Origin: Kiritimatiellia bacterium
Lineage (GTDB): Bacteria > Verrucomicrobiota > Kiritimatiellia > RFP12 > UBA1067
Length of the DNA: 64,000 nucleotides
Assembly: GCA_050949565.1 (NCBI GenBank)
Contig: JBMNFY010000020.1
Coordinates: 60,215-124,214, forward strand
Reading direction: 5' to 3'
A program made the translations under genes and the position numbers. Each line of letters opens with the position of its first letter. The first letter of the stretch is position 1. Below, piece after piece: positions 19,244-29,733 of the stretch. The notes under the pieces were generated by a model. The model saw nothing but the letters and a program-made list of their open reading frames with translations. It searched no databases and was not told where the DNA came from.

Positions 19244-20473
19244 ATGATGCGGGGAGTCAGAATAGAATGGCTGGTGGTGCTGGCGTTGGCCTTAGCGCCT
19301 TTGGCGGGACCAGCGCAGACGATGGAGGGGCCGCGGCTACCGCGCGGGGCTGCGCCTGCGGCACCGGTCTATTCGAGTGACGGCACGGTGACGGTTTTTG
19401 CGCCCGGGCATAAGGCGGGGTACCGTATGCCGGTGTTGACCTTTGTGACGCAGTTCAGTGCCGAGTTGCAGCGGGTGCTGCGGCTCAAATTGGGTACGCA
19501 ACTCGCGCCACTGGAGGTGGCGATCGGCGGCAAGAGCGATGGCGATACGCGTGTGTTGACGGCGCGTCTGCGCGATGCCGGCGGTGTGGTGCGTGAGCGG
19601 ATCGAGTTGCCCGATCCCGAAACAGCGGATCTGGATCTGTTCCGGCGTGCGATCTGCGTGGCGTTGCTGCGGGGTTGGATGGTGGAGGCCGGCGGGACGG
19701 AAGCCACCATGCAGGATGTGCCGGCGTGGTTGATCGATGGACTGTTGCGCTATATCGATCGCGGGCGGCGTCAAGCGGACATTGATCGCACGCTGTTGCT
19801 CTGGTCGCGGGCCTGCCTGCCGCCCGCCGCCGCATTGGTTGAGGCGGACAGCCAGGCGGCGACGCGTGAGCCTGCGGTCGCTGCGGTGCTTGCGGGCTGG
19901 TTGATGGAGCGGCGCGATGGAGTTTCGCATTTCGAACATCTGCTGCGCGCGGCTGCGACCGGTGTGCCGTGGTCGGTCGAGCAGGTTGCGCGGCTGTTGG
20001 CCGGGAGTGACGACATGTTCGCCTTCGATGAGCATGTGGACCGGCGGATGTTGACCGAGGGCCGTGTTGTGGCGCGGCCGGGACTGACGACAGCCGGAAT
20101 TGTCCGTCGTTTTCGCGCGTACCTGTTGCTGTACCCCGCGTTTTATGATAAAAACTTTAGCGACACCCACCCGTGGTGTACGTTTCAACAGGCGGTGGTG
20201 CGTGCGGAAGCACCCGAGGTGCGCGCCGCCGCTGCTGTGCAAAGCGTACGCATGCGGGTCGCTGCGGTTGGGCGTGATGGCATGCTTCTTGCGGTTGCTG
20301 ACGCCTACGGAGCCTTTCTCAGCGCGTTGGCGCGCGGTGCGGAACAGGGGGAACTGGCGCGCCTGCTGTTGGAAGCGGAGGGGATGCGCGGAACGCTCGA
20401 ACGGCGCGTGGCGAGTGGTGAGGTTTTTCAGCGGAGCGCGGGTGCGCAGGGAGCTGACGCGCAAAGGAATTGA
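19244..20473 (+). CDS. Secreted hypothetical protein
   Basis: Signal peptide; tight spacing within the ftsH-folP-argH operon. Confidence 0.75.
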   Translation: MMRGVRIEWLVVLALALAPLAGPAQTMEGPRLPRGAAPAAPVYSSDGTVTVFAPGHKAGYRMPVLTFVTQFSAELQRVLRLKLGTQLAPLEVAIGGKSDGDTRVLTARLRDAGGVVRERIELPDPETADLDLFRRAICVALLRGWMVEAGGTEATMQDVPAWLIDGLLRYIDRGRRQADIDRTLLLWSRACLPPAAALVEADSQAATREPAVAAVLAGWLMERRDGVSHFEHLLRAAATGVPWSVEQVARLLAGSDDMFAFDEHVDRRMLTEGRVVARPGLTTAGIVRRFRAYLLLYPAFYDKNFSDTHPWCTFQQAVVRAEAPEVRAAAAVQSVRMRVAAVGRDGMLLAVADAYGAFLSALARGAEQGELARLLLEAEGMRGTLERRVASGEVFQRSAGAQGADAQRN

Positions 20474-20474
20474 C

Positions 20475-21863
20475 ATGGCGAAAGCAGACGGAAATCAGAA
20501 AACGATCGTCGGCCAGATCCATCCGGATGTGTTGTCGTTCACGGTCGGCAAGGATCCGGTGCTTGATCTGGAACTGGCGGTGTGGGACTGTCTGGGCACG
20601 GCGGCGCATGTGACGATGCTTTCAAAGATGCGCGTCACGCCGCCTATCATGGGGACAGAAGAACGCAACCGGGTGGTTGCGGCGCTGGTTGAGATCATCC
20701 GCGAGGTGCGCGACGGGACGTTTTCGATCACAGAGACCGATCAAGATGTGCATCTGGCAGTGGAGCGGCGGCTGACCGAGCGGCTGGGCGATCTCGGGCG
20801 CCGGGTACACACCGGACGCAGCCGCAACGATCAGGTGGCGGTGGACATCCGCCTGCACGCCAAGGATCAATTGCTGGGGCTGACCGAGGAGGTCGCCGTG
20901 CTGGTCGAGCGGTTGACGGCGTTCGGTCGGCGTCATGTGCGGTTGCCGATGGTGGGGCGTACCCACTTGCAGCCGGCGATGCCGAGTACGGTGGGCCTGT
21001 GGGCCACCGGGTATGCCGAGTTGCTTTTGGACGATCTGCCGCTGGTGGAGGCTGCCTATATCACAAACGATCGTTGTCCGCTCGGCTCGGCCGCCGGATA
21101 TGGTGTGCCGTTGCCGCTGGATCGTGCGTTGACGGCGCGGTTGCTGGGTTTCGATCGTCCGCATCACAACGTTTTCCACGCGAGCAATGCGCGCGGCAAG
21201 AATGAGGCTGTGATGCTTGCCGCCTGCGGGCAGATCATGCTGAGTTTGTCGCGTCTGGCCGAGGACCTGATTCTGTTTTCGATGCCGGAGTTTGGCTATT
21301 TCGTGCTGCCTCCCGAGTTGTGTACCGGCAGTAGCATCATGCCGCAGAAGTACAATCCGGATGTGCTGGAACTGATTCGCGCCAAGGCTGCGATGGTGCT
21401 GGGTTACGGTACGGCGGCGAATACCATTTTGAAGGCACTGCCGGGCGGTTACAACCGCGACCTGCAGGAGACCAAGGAACTGTACATGGAGGGACTGCGC
21501 GTGACACGTGCGTCGCTGCGTATCATGGCGTTGATGGTCGCCGCGCTCAAGGTGCGGCCCGAGCGGCTGCGCGCGGGATTCGCGCCGGGCGTGTTTGCGA
21601 CTGACCGTGCGCTGGAACTGGTGGCCGGTGGCATGCCGTTCCGAGACGCCTACCAACATGTACGGTCGCATCTCGATGAGTTGGAAGCGGCCGATCCTGA
21701 TCAGGCGGTGGCCGCCAAGACGCACGAAGGCGGCACGGCGGGTCTCGATTTCGATTTTTACCGCACACGTGCCGGCGAGGTACGCCGGTGGGTGCGCGAA
21801 CGGCGCAGGCACGCGCATGCGGCCTTCGCCAAGCTACTGGGCGTGGCGTTTCCGGTAGCGTGA
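20475..21863 (+). CDS. argH: Argininosuccinate lyase
   Basis: HTGRSRNDQ, GRTHLQPA, GSSIMPQKYNPD, GYNRDLQ. Confidence 0.95.
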   Translation: MAKADGNQKTIVGQIHPDVLSFTVGKDPVLDLELAVWDCLGTAAHVTMLSKMRVTPPIMGTEERNRVVAALVEIIREVRDGTFSITETDQDVHLAVERRLTERLGDLGRRVHTGRSRNDQVAVDIRLHAKDQLLGLTEEVAVLVERLTAFGRRHVRLPMVGRTHLQPAMPSTVGLWATGYAELLLDDLPLVEAAYITNDRCPLGSAAGYGVPLPLDRALTARLLGFDRPHHNVFHASNARGKNEAVMLAACGQIMLSLSRLAEDLILFSMPEFGYFVLPPELCTGSSIMPQKYNPDVLELIRAKAAMVLGYGTAANTILKALPGGYNRDLQETKELYMEGLRVTRASLRIMALMVAALKVRPERLRAGFAPGVFATDRALELVAGGMPFRDAYQHVRSHLDELEAADPDQAVAAKTHEGGTAGLDFDFYRTRAGEVRRWVRERRRHAHAAFAKLLGVAFPVA

Positions 21864-21900
21864 GAGTGACGGGGTTTGTGAAGAGGAAGACGGAGAAAGG

Positions 21901-22683
21901 ATGACGAGCATGAGGATGCAACAGGTGGTGGCAGGCGTTGGAATGTTCCTGGGCACGGCGGCGTGCGCGGTGGCTCAGGAGGCGGCTGCGGCCGCGGCGT
22001 CGCCTGCGGTTAATGAATATGGCATGTCGCTCAAGCAGGCCTGGGGATACGGCGGCTGGATCATGTGGGTGCTCGCCGCGATCTCGGTGTTCGCTCTGGC
22101 GATGGTCTTCTATTTCATGGCCGTCCTACGCACCAACGTGGTGACGCCGCGTGAACTGATGGTGGACCTGCTTGCGCGCATCCGCTCCAACGACATAAAT
22201 GAGGTGCGCCGACTCTGCGAGCGCCATCCCTGTCCGTTGGCGTCGGTTGTGCTGTCCATGCTTGATTGCCTGCGTAACGTGCCGCAGTGCGACGTGTCGT
22301 TGCTGCGGGGGGCGGCCGAATCGGAGGGTGCGCGCCAGGCTGACGCGATTCAGGGGCAGACCGAGTTCCTGCTGGACGTGGCGACAATCGCGCCGCTGCT
22401 GGGACTGCTGGGCACGGTGCTGGGCATGCTCACTGCCTTTGGATCGGTAGCGAGCGACATTGCCAGCGCCAAGCCGGTGGTGCTCGCGGCGGGCGTGTCG
22501 CAGGCGATTGTCACGACGATTTTCGGTCTGATTGTCGCGATTCCCTGCATGGCTTTCTACGCTTGGTTCCGTCGTCGTGCAAGCCGCCAGATCGCCAACC
22601 TTGAGAGCGCTTCGGCCGAGATCATGAACGCGATCATCGGTGTGGCCGCAGGAGCAAAGGGCTCCGCTTACACTGACCGGTAA
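21901..22683 (+). CDS. exbB: MotA/TolQ/ExbB proton channel protein
   Basis: APLLGLLGTVLGM and AIVTTIFGLIVAIP helices. Confidence 0.9.
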   Translation: MTSMRMQQVVAGVGMFLGTAACAVAQEAAAAAASPAVNEYGMSLKQAWGYGGWIMWVLAAISVFALAMVFYFMAVLRTNVVTPRELMVDLLARIRSNDINEVRRLCERHPCPLASVVLSMLDCLRNVPQCDVSLLRGAAESEGARQADAIQGQTEFLLDVATIAPLLGLLGTVLGMLTAFGSVASDIASAKPVVLAAGVSQAIVTTIFGLIVAIPCMAFYAWFRRRASRQIANLESASAEIMNAIIGVAAGAKGSAYTDR

Positions 22684-22704
22684 CCGAGAGGAGGTGCACC
22701 AACC

Positions 22705-23139
22705 ATGACTTTTCGCAAAACTCGACGGGGTGTGCTCCCGGCGGTCCAGTTGACGTCCATGATGGACATCATCTTCCTGTTGCTCTTTTTCTTCATTACG
22801 ACCTCGGTCTTTTCGCAATGGGAGTACGAGATCAATATCAGCCTGCCCTCGGCCCAGAGCGGTAAGGTGCCGGACCGTTTGCCCGGTGAGATCATCATCA
22901 ACATCACCAAAGACGGACGCGTTTCCGTCAACCAGCAGGACCTGACTCTCGATGCGCTTAGGACGCGCCTCGACCGTCTGGCACGTTACTTCCCGGGGCA
23001 GCCGGTCGTGATACGCGCCGACAAGGCGACGCTCTATGAGGATGTGATCAAAGTGATCGACACCTGCCGCAAGGCCGACATCTGGAACTTTTCAATGGCG
23101 ACGACCGAGGAGAAGAGCGACGCGACGGAGAAACAATGA
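22705..23139 (+). CDS. exbD: ExbD/TolR biopolymer transport protein
   Basis: LTSMMDIIFLLLFFF; VIRADK. Confidence 0.9.
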   Translation: MTFRKTRRGVLPAVQLTSMMDIIFLLLFFFITTSVFSQWEYEINISLPSAQSGKVPDRLPGEIIINITKDGRVSVNQQDLTLDALRTRLDRLARYFPGQPVVIRADKATLYEDVIKVIDTCRKADIWNFSMATTEEKSDATEKQ

Positions 23140-25505
23140 TGAGGAGTGTCATATACTTATGCGCGGGAATATTGTTGGCCGGTCTGAATGCTGTGGCGGC
23201 CTCCGATTCCGTGGACGTGACCGACCGCATGCAGTTGGCGGACGGGCTCTTCCGTCGCAGCCTCTTTGATCTGGCGGCGCGCGAGTATGCAACACTGGCC
23301 GAGACGCCGGACGTGCCGGCGCTTGATGATGTGCTCTTCCGCTTGGGTGAGTGTTGCCGCCGCCTGAAGAAACTCCCCGAGGCCGAGGCCGCTTACAAAC
23401 GCCTGATCGAGTCCTTCCCGGAAAGCCGCAACACGTTGCGCGCCCGGTTGCAACGCGCTTTGATCCTGATGGAGTCCGGCGGCGCTTCGCTTGATGAGGC
23501 CGTTGCCGAGTTCACCAAGTTGTCGGAAGCCTCCATGCCTGCCGAGGTGCGCGCGGCCGCGCTCTACCACGGTGGCGAGACGCTTGAGAAACTGAAGCGC
23601 CCGGATGAGGCGCTGGCGCGTTATGAGGTGCTGGTCAAAGAGTATGTGGATACCGATTACGGGATGTATGCTGGACTGCGCAAGGCTTGGTTGCTGACGC
23701 GGCGCAACACGGCGGAGGATCGCCGCCGTGCTTTGGGTATCTATTTGGATCTGGCACACAAGGCCAAGGATGTCAAGGTGGTCGAGGAGGCTTCGTATTT
23801 CGCGGCGCAGGTCTCGTTGCTGGACGGCCGTCACGAGGAGAGTGCCAACCTCTTCTTGGCACTGCGCACCAAGTTCCCGAATTCGCCGCGCGTGACTGAG
23901 AGCGCCCTGCCCGCCGCATGGGCCAACTACCATGCGGGCCGCTACAAAGAGGGCTCCGAGTTGCTGGACCGCTTGATCGGTCACGCGCAGCATCCGGACC
24001 GCGAAGAGATTCTCTATGTCAAGGCGAACTGTCTGCGCCAGCTTGAACAACGCGCTGATGCGGTGGCGATGTATACCCGGCAGTTGACCGAATTCCCGAA
24101 AGGCAAGCTGGCACCGCCGGCCCAGTATGAACGGCTCTCAACGCTTTACAGTGACGGCAAATACCAAGAGGTTTTGGACGCTGCTGCGCAGATTGTCTCG
24201 CCGCTTCCGGAGTATGCCGACAATATCTACTGGATGAGCGCGGAGTCAGCGGTTGCCGTGCAGAAGGTCGAAGCTGCCGTGCAGAACTATCGCATGTTGG
24301 TGGATAAGTGCCCTGAGAGCCCGCTCGTCAAGGATGCGCTCTACCGTCTGGGCTGGCTGTTGCAGAAACAGGAGACGTGGGAGTCGGCGGCTGCTTGGTT
24401 CCAGCAGGTAGCCGAGCGTTTTCCCAAAGACCCGCTGGCATCGAAGGCGCTCTACGCCGCCGGGGTTTGCCGTTCGCGTCTTGGCCAGAGCGATGCCGCT
24501 TTGCGCGATTGGACTGCGCTGCTGACGCAGTATCCGGAGAGCGAAGAGGTGGCTGAGACGCTTTACCAGAAGGCGATGGAAGAGTTGCGCGCCAAGAATC
24601 CGCGCGCGGCCGGTGCGACGCTGGATGAGCGCACGCGCCGTTTCCCGAATGATGCGCGCAAGGCTGAGGTGCTCTATTGGCGCGCTGCGGTGGCCCGTCA
24701 GACCGGTGAGCGGGCGGAGGCGGAAAAGTTGTTCCGCGCCTGTCTGGCCGCTTCGCCGCCGAAGGAGTTCGAACGCGAGGCGATGCTGGATTTGGGTCTC
24801 TTGCTACAGGAAGACGGACGTAACGAAGAGGCCGCTGAGATCTTCCAGACGTTGCTGGACGCGCCGATTACCGAAAGGCTCGGTCCTGACCGTCTGGCAT
24901 GGCTCGCGGAGTTTCAGTTGGGGCAAAAACGGTTGGATGCTGCAGCTAAGGCGGCGAACACCCTGCTGTCGCTCAAGCCTGATAAGGGATGGGTGCAGAC
25001 TGCTTGGACCCTGCTCGGTAGGATTCATCGGGCCAAGGAAGAACGCGATCCCGCGATCCACGCGTTCAAGGAGGCGCTGGCCTCTGGTGCATCAACCGCT
25101 TACGGTGCCGAGGCGGCACTGCGGCTGGGCGAAATGCTGATGCAGGGCGGCCATTTTGATGAGGCCGCGAATTATTTCAATGACGCTGCCGCGCGTGCGT
25201 CCACACCGGAGTTGCTGGGGTTGCGGGTGCATGCCTACATGGGGCTTGCGCGCAACGCTGAAGCGAAGGGCGATGAAGATGCCGCGCTACGCTACTACAT
25301 GAGCGTCGGCATCCTGTTCAACGATGCCACGCTTGTGCCGGAGGCGCTGCACAAGGCTGCGACCCTGCTCGATAAGCTGGGACGCGGGCAAGAGGCGCAG
25401 GCGATGCGTGAAGAATTGAAGGCGCGTTATCCGGATTCGCCGCTGTCGCGCCAGGGATCGACGCAGACGGAGACGCAGTCTCGTGAGGGGAAGGGTGGAG
25501 CATGA
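23136..25505 (+). CDS. Secreted multi-TPR protein (BamD/YbgF-type repeats)
   Basis: Signal peptide; recurrent (F/Y)PxS...ALY TPR pairs. Confidence 0.88.
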   Translation: MMRSVIYLCAGILLAGLNAVAASDSVDVTDRMQLADGLFRRSLFDLAAREYATLAETPDVPALDDVLFRLGECCRRLKKLPEAEAAYKRLIESFPESRNTLRARLQRALILMESGGASLDEAVAEFTKLSEASMPAEVRAAALYHGGETLEKLKRPDEALARYEVLVKEYVDTDYGMYAGLRKAWLLTRRNTAEDRRRALGIYLDLAHKAKDVKVVEEASYFAAQVSLLDGRHEESANLFLALRTKFPNSPRVTESALPAAWANYHAGRYKEGSELLDRLIGHAQHPDREEILYVKANCLRQLEQRADAVAMYTRQLTEFPKGKLAPPAQYERLSTLYSDGKYQEVLDAAAQIVSPLPEYADNIYWMSAESAVAVQKVEAAVQNYRMLVDKCPESPLVKDALYRLGWLLQKQETWESAAAWFQQVAERFPKDPLASKALYAAGVCRSRLGQSDAALRDWTALLTQYPESEEVAETLYQKAMEELRAKNPRAAGATLDERTRRFPNDARKAEVLYWRAAVARQTGERAEAEKLFRACLAASPPKEFEREAMLDLGLLLQEDGRNEEAAEIFQTLLDAPITERLGPDRLAWLAEFQLGQKRLDAAAKAANTLLSLKPDKGWVQTAWTLLGRIHRAKEERDPAIHAFKEALASGASTAYGAEAALRLGEMLMQGGHFDEAANYFNDAAARASTPELLGLRVHAYMGLARNAEAKGDEDAALRYYMSVGILFNDATLVPEALHKAATLLDKLGRGQEAQAMREELKARYPDSPLSRQGSTQTETQSREGKGGA

Positions 25506-27643
25506 TACCGCACGGCTTTGGACAGCAACAGAGACAGAGCGAGCATCGCGTGATGTTGGCCTGCGTGGCCGTTTTGTTGTCCGCGGTCATCCATGTGGTC
25601 TGCATGTATCTGTTCGCGGACTGGGCGTTGGGCAGCGTTGCGAGCGGTCTGCGCCAGAAATCACGTGAATGGTTCGATGGCGACCGCGTGCCGCCGATGC
25701 GCGTGGAGATGATGCATGCCGATCCAATGCGTATCGCTGAGAGAATAATGGGTGAGCGCGAAGCGCCGAGCCGCGGGCCGATTGAAGCCGGCGAGCGGGT
25801 GGACGAACTCAGCCAGAGCGCGACTCCCGTGCTCACTGTGCCGCCACCGATTCCGCGTGAAGCGTTGATGCCGGGCGTGCCCGTGTTGAAACAGGTGGTC
25901 CCCGAGCAGATCGACACCACACCGTGGATGCCGCGCCAAGAGATCGCGCAGATTTTCGACCGCACCGTACAGGATGATGTGGCTGCTTTGCCACGACGCG
26001 AAATTCCGATGATCGAGCGGGTGCCCAAAGCACCGGACATCGTACCGTCAATCGATCTGGCCGGTCGCCGTTTCGGCAGAGACCCCGAACCGCCTAAACT
26101 TGCAGAGGCGGCTGAAATATTCGATACGGATATCACTAAGGGAACCTTCAAACCACCGATTGCGGAAGTGCCCGAGACCGCGCCTAAAGTCAGCACTGAC
26201 ACAACCGAGGCACGTTTCGGAGTGCGGCCCGGTGAGAAGACGGGCGTGACCGCCGACGGCACCGTAGTCAAGGGCACAACCGCTGGAAAGAAGGGCACCG
26301 ACAGTGCGATCGCCGATGGAACGACAGCTACTGGGGCGGCGGCGGCCGATGGTGCGGCCACTGGCAAGAGAGCTACCGACGGCACGACCACTGACGGTGC
26401 GACCGCTGGCAAGAAGGCTGGCGATGATACGATCACTGGAAGCCCCGACGGTGAAAAGCTTACGCAGGCGCAGCAAGAGCGCGTCAGACAGCAGCTTGAA
26501 GAGGCGGCCCGGCAGACACCGGCCGGGCAAGAGGTCAGTGCGGAAGAGCTGAGAGCGCGCGAGGCCCAAGCGCAGATCGCGGCGTTGCGGGAGACGATCG
26601 ACTACGTGCCGATAGATGACCTGCTGGCTGTCGGTCTGGAGACCTTCCGCGATCCTGCCGAGCCGGGTCAGGTTTATTTCCGCATCGGAATTCAACCGCG
26701 TACCGATAAACAGGTGCCGGTCATTGCCAAAGACATTGTCTTCGTGCAGGATGTTTCGGCCTCAATGACCGAGGAGCGCATGGTCTTCTGTCGGCGCGGT
26801 ATGGCGGCGGCGCTCCGGACCCTTAATCCAGGTGATCGCTTCAATGTGGTCGCATTCCGCGACACATTCGATGCCTGCTTTAAAGAGTGGGCTGTCGCTT
26901 CAACCGAAAACCTTGTCAAGGCGTCGGCGTTTGTGGATGGTATGCGCGCCTTCGGTCAGACAGACCTCTTCGGTTCGCTGCGCTCGCTGATACGGCTACC
27001 GCGCGATCCTCGGCGTCCGATGATCGCGGTGGTTGTCACGGACGGCAGGCCGACCGCTGGTCTCACGGAGAGCGCCAAAATCATCGGTGAATTTTCCAAA
27101 ATCAACAGCGGTATGATCTCGGTCTATATGTTCGGTGTCCAGAGCAAGGCCAACGTCTATTTGCTTGATATGCTCACTTATTGCAATCGCGGTACGTCAA
27201 CCATCATGTACCAAGGTAACCGCTGGGATCTGCCGGCAGCGTTCCAGCCGGTCTATGATGGGCTGCGCTATCCCGTCATGGGGGATATCACGGTGGTTTT
27301 TGACTCAGCGTCGAAATGCGAGGTGTACCCCAAAAACACGCCCAACCTCTACAAGGGCCGCCAATTGGAACTGTGCGGCGTCTGTCCGGACACTACGGAG
27401 GAATTAATCTTTCAGGTGCGCGGTCTGGCATCGGACAAAGGTTATGATTCGATCTTCCGGCTTAGCATGTCGCGCCATGCTAAACTCGGATCAGCCGCCT
27501 TGAAGCAGCGCTGGGCGAACCAGAAGATGTATCACCTCGTGGCGGAATATTCGCGTGAGGCGCGCCAGCAAGTGATGGCCGAAATGTTGAAAGTCCACAC
27601 GCGTTACGGCGTGCCGATCCCCTATGAATCTGAATTGAAGTGA
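25502..27643 (+). CDS. Membrane-anchored VWA-domain protein with Pro-rich and low-complexity linker
   Basis: N-terminal TM (SAVIH); MIDAS DVSAS; VVTDG. Confidence 0.85.
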   Translation: MIPHGFGQQQRQSEHRVMLACVAVLLSAVIHVVCMYLFADWALGSVASGLRQKSREWFDGDRVPPMRVEMMHADPMRIAERIMGEREAPSRGPIEAGERVDELSQSATPVLTVPPPIPREALMPGVPVLKQVVPEQIDTTPWMPRQEIAQIFDRTVQDDVAALPRREIPMIERVPKAPDIVPSIDLAGRRFGRDPEPPKLAEAAEIFDTDITKGTFKPPIAEVPETAPKVSTDTTEARFGVRPGEKTGVTADGTVVKGTTAGKKGTDSAIADGTTATGAAAADGAATGKRATDGTTTDGATAGKKAGDDTITGSPDGEKLTQAQQERVRQQLEEAARQTPAGQEVSAEELRAREAQAQIAALRETIDYVPIDDLLAVGLETFRDPAEPGQVYFRIGIQPRTDKQVPVIAKDIVFVQDVSASMTEERMVFCRRGMAAALRTLNPGDRFNVVAFRDTFDACFKEWAVASTENLVKASAFVDGMRAFGQTDLFGSLRSLIRLPRDPRRPMIAVVVTDGRPTAGLTESAKIIGEFSKINSGMISVYMFGVQSKANVYLLDMLTYCNRGTSTIMYQGNRWDLPAAFQPVYDGLRYPVMGDITVVFDSASKCEVYPKNTPNLYKGRQLELCGVCPDTTEELIFQVRGLASDKGYDSIFRLSMSRHAKLGSAALKQRWANQKMYHLVAEYSREARQQVMAEMLKVHTRYGVPIPYESELK

Positions 27644-28080
27644 CCGCCATGATCTCTTACAAGCTCGTGATGCCTGAACACATGAACCAATACGGTGCGT
27701 TGTTCGGCGGCAATCTGCTGAAGTGGGTGGACGAGATAGCGTGGATGGCGGTCAGCCTTGATTACCCTGGGGCGCGTTTTGTCACGATCGGCATGGACCG
27801 TGTCGAGTTCAAGAAAAGTGTCTCCGGCGGGTCGATCCTGCGCTTTGAGATCGTTCGCCAGCGGGTTGGCCGTACTTCGGTCACATACGAAGTCCATGTT
27901 TCGCGACGCGAATTGCATCAGAGCGTGGAGGACGTGATCTTCAGTACCGACATCACGTTCGTGCGGGTCGACGAAAACGGCGAGAAGATACCGGTTTTTG
28001 CTGTGTGTGATGCGCACTGTCAGACCGAGACAACTCCCCCCAACAGAGGTACAGGATGTCAGGCCGAAACAGAGAGGTGA
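27640..28080 (+). CDS. Acyl-CoA thioesterase (hotdog fold)
   Basis: NQYGALFGGNLLKWVDE; VGRTS. Confidence 0.88.
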   Translation: MTAMISYKLVMPEHMNQYGALFGGNLLKWVDEIAWMAVSLDYPGARFVTIGMDRVEFKKSVSGGSILRFEIVRQRVGRTSVTYEVHVSRRELHQSVEDVIFSTDITFVRVDENGEKIPVFAVCDAHCQTETTPPNRGTGCQAETER

Positions 28081-29048
28081 TCCGCTGCGGCATCTGCCCG
28101 AAGGCATGCCGCATCCCGCCGGGATTCAGCGGCGAATGCCGGGTCCGGATGAATCTGGACGGGCGGCTGGTGGCGGTGACGTACGCGCGTCCATGCGCGG
28201 TGCATGTGGATCCAATGGAGAAAAAGCCGCTGTTTCATTTTTTTCCGGGTGAGATGATTTTGTCGCTCGGTTCGGCTGGGTGTAACCTGCACTGTAAGCA
28301 CTGCCAGAACGCGGATCTTTCGCAAGGCAATCCGGAGGATATCACGGCCTTTGATCTGCCGCCGGCGGCACTCCCCACGCTGGCGAAAAAACATGGCTGC
28401 GCCCATGTGGCATATACCTACAATGAACCGCTGATCAATTATGAGTATGTGCGCGACTGCTGCATCGCCGCGCGCGAGGCCGGGCTGCGCAATGTGCTGG
28501 TGACAGCCGGATACATCAATGCGAAACCGCTGGCCGCGTTGCTGCCTTATGTGGATGCGGCGAATGTCGATATCAAGGGGTTCAGCGAGGACTTTTACCG
28601 AGAGGTGTGCGGGGCCAGTTTGGCGCCGGTGCTGGCAACCGTCCAGCGGATGCTTGAGGCGCGTGTGCATGTGGAGATCACGAGTCTGGTGATCCCGACG
28701 CTTAACGATTCGGATGAGATGCTGGACCAGCTTTTTGGATGGGTGGCCGAGTACGCCGGCGCGGATATCCCATTGCATCTCTCGCGATTTTTTCCGGCGT
28801 TCCGCATGACGCATCTGCCGCCCACGCCGCTGGCGACGCTACTGCGGGCGCGGGAGCGCGCCAAAGCTGCGGGCCTCAAGCATGTGTATGTGGGCAATGC
28901 CGAGGTGCCGGACGGCGACGACACCTTCTGCGCGGGCTGTGGCGCACGCGTGGTGACGCGCCAGCGGTATGTAGTGACCGCCAACCGCATCAAGCCGGAC
29001 GGCGGCTGTATGGCGTGCGGTAGGCCGGTCTATGGAGTCTGGTCGTGA
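28056..29048 (+). CDS. amrS: AmmeMemoRadiSam system radical SAM enzyme
   Basis: N-terminal CxxCPxxC...C; DPMEKKPLFHF; CNLHCKHCQN; YTYNEP; HLSRFFP. Confidence 0.93.
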   Translation: MSGRNREVIRCGICPKACRIPPGFSGECRVRMNLDGRLVAVTYARPCAVHVDPMEKKPLFHFFPGEMILSLGSAGCNLHCKHCQNADLSQGNPEDITAFDLPPAALPTLAKKHGCAHVAYTYNEPLINYEYVRDCCIAAREAGLRNVLVTAGYINAKPLAALLPYVDAANVDIKGFSEDFYREVCGASLAPVLATVQRMLEARVHVEITSLVIPTLNDSDEMLDQLFGWVAEYAGADIPLHLSRFFPAFRMTHLPPTPLATLLRARERAKAAGLKHVYVGNAEVPDGDDTFCAGCGARVVTRQRYVVTANRIKPDGGCMACGRPVYGVWS

Positions 29049-29061
29049 TGCGCACGGCGCG

Positions 29062-29733
29062 TAATCGGTTAATGACAGGGATGTGCGAAGATCATGCGTT
29101 TCTGGTGAAAAGGAGAACAGAGAGTCGGGAGCAACGTGTCTTGCAAAAGGCTGTGGCACGGGCATCTTGCCCGTGTTCCATGATTTTATTTTTGACATGA
29201 TTGACACGATTGACATGCTTTGGAGGGCGAGTGTCCCCACGAGCCGCCGAGGCGCGGCAATGGAGGGCGAGTGTCCCCACGAGCCGCCGAGGCGCGGCAA
29301 TGGAGGGCGAGTGTCCCCACGAGCCGCCGGGACGGGCAATGGAGGGCGAGTGTCCCCACGAGCCGCCGGGACGGGCAATGGAGGGCGAGTGTCCCCACGA
29401 GCCGCCGGGACGGGCAATGGAGGGCGAGTGTCCCCACGAGCCGCCTTCCGCTGTGCGGAAGGATGGTTTCATAGGCGATTGCGGAGCGCCGGGAGGGGCA
29501 AGCGTCTGCTTGCCCGCGGACGAGCAGACGCTCGTCCCTCCCGCCCAGCGGCGGTAACGCCGCTGAACCGTGGAAAATCTCTGCGTCTTCGAGTCTCTGC
29601 GTTAAAAAAACGCTCAACTCTCAACGTTCAACTCTCAACTCTCAACGTTCTGCGGGCGTGGACGCCCGCGCTCCCGACTGCGCACGCACGGAACACGCAC
29701 TCGACTCGCATGGCTCCTGTCGCCAACCGATTA
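29062..29733. mobile_element. 672-bp non-autonomous element (MITE-like) filled with REP-like repeats
   Basis: TIRs taatcggttaatgacagg and cctgtcgccaaccgatta (15/18); flanked by direct repeat cgcacggcgcg at 29051-29061 and 29734-29744; no transposase. Confidence 0.8.
29221..29445 (+). repeat. Tandem array of six GGAG-type REP-like units (28-bp core tggagggcgagtgtccccacgagccgcc)
   Basis: Units start at 29221, 29261, 29301, 29340, 29379 and 29418; linkers gaggcgcggcaa x2 and gggacgggcaa x3; solo copy at ~13063-13088. Confidence 0.92.

Noticed and set aside
29221-29445. Possible CRISPR array
   Set aside because: Linkers are only 11-12 bp and repeated (2+3 identical), there are no cas genes, and the unit occurs solo at ~13063. 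It is a tandem REP array.
29083-29617. ORFs 29083-29865, 28839-29417, 29092-29472, 29186-29617 and similar
   Set aside because: They are translations of the repeat array; only the last ~44-51 codons of 29083-29865 look genuine.
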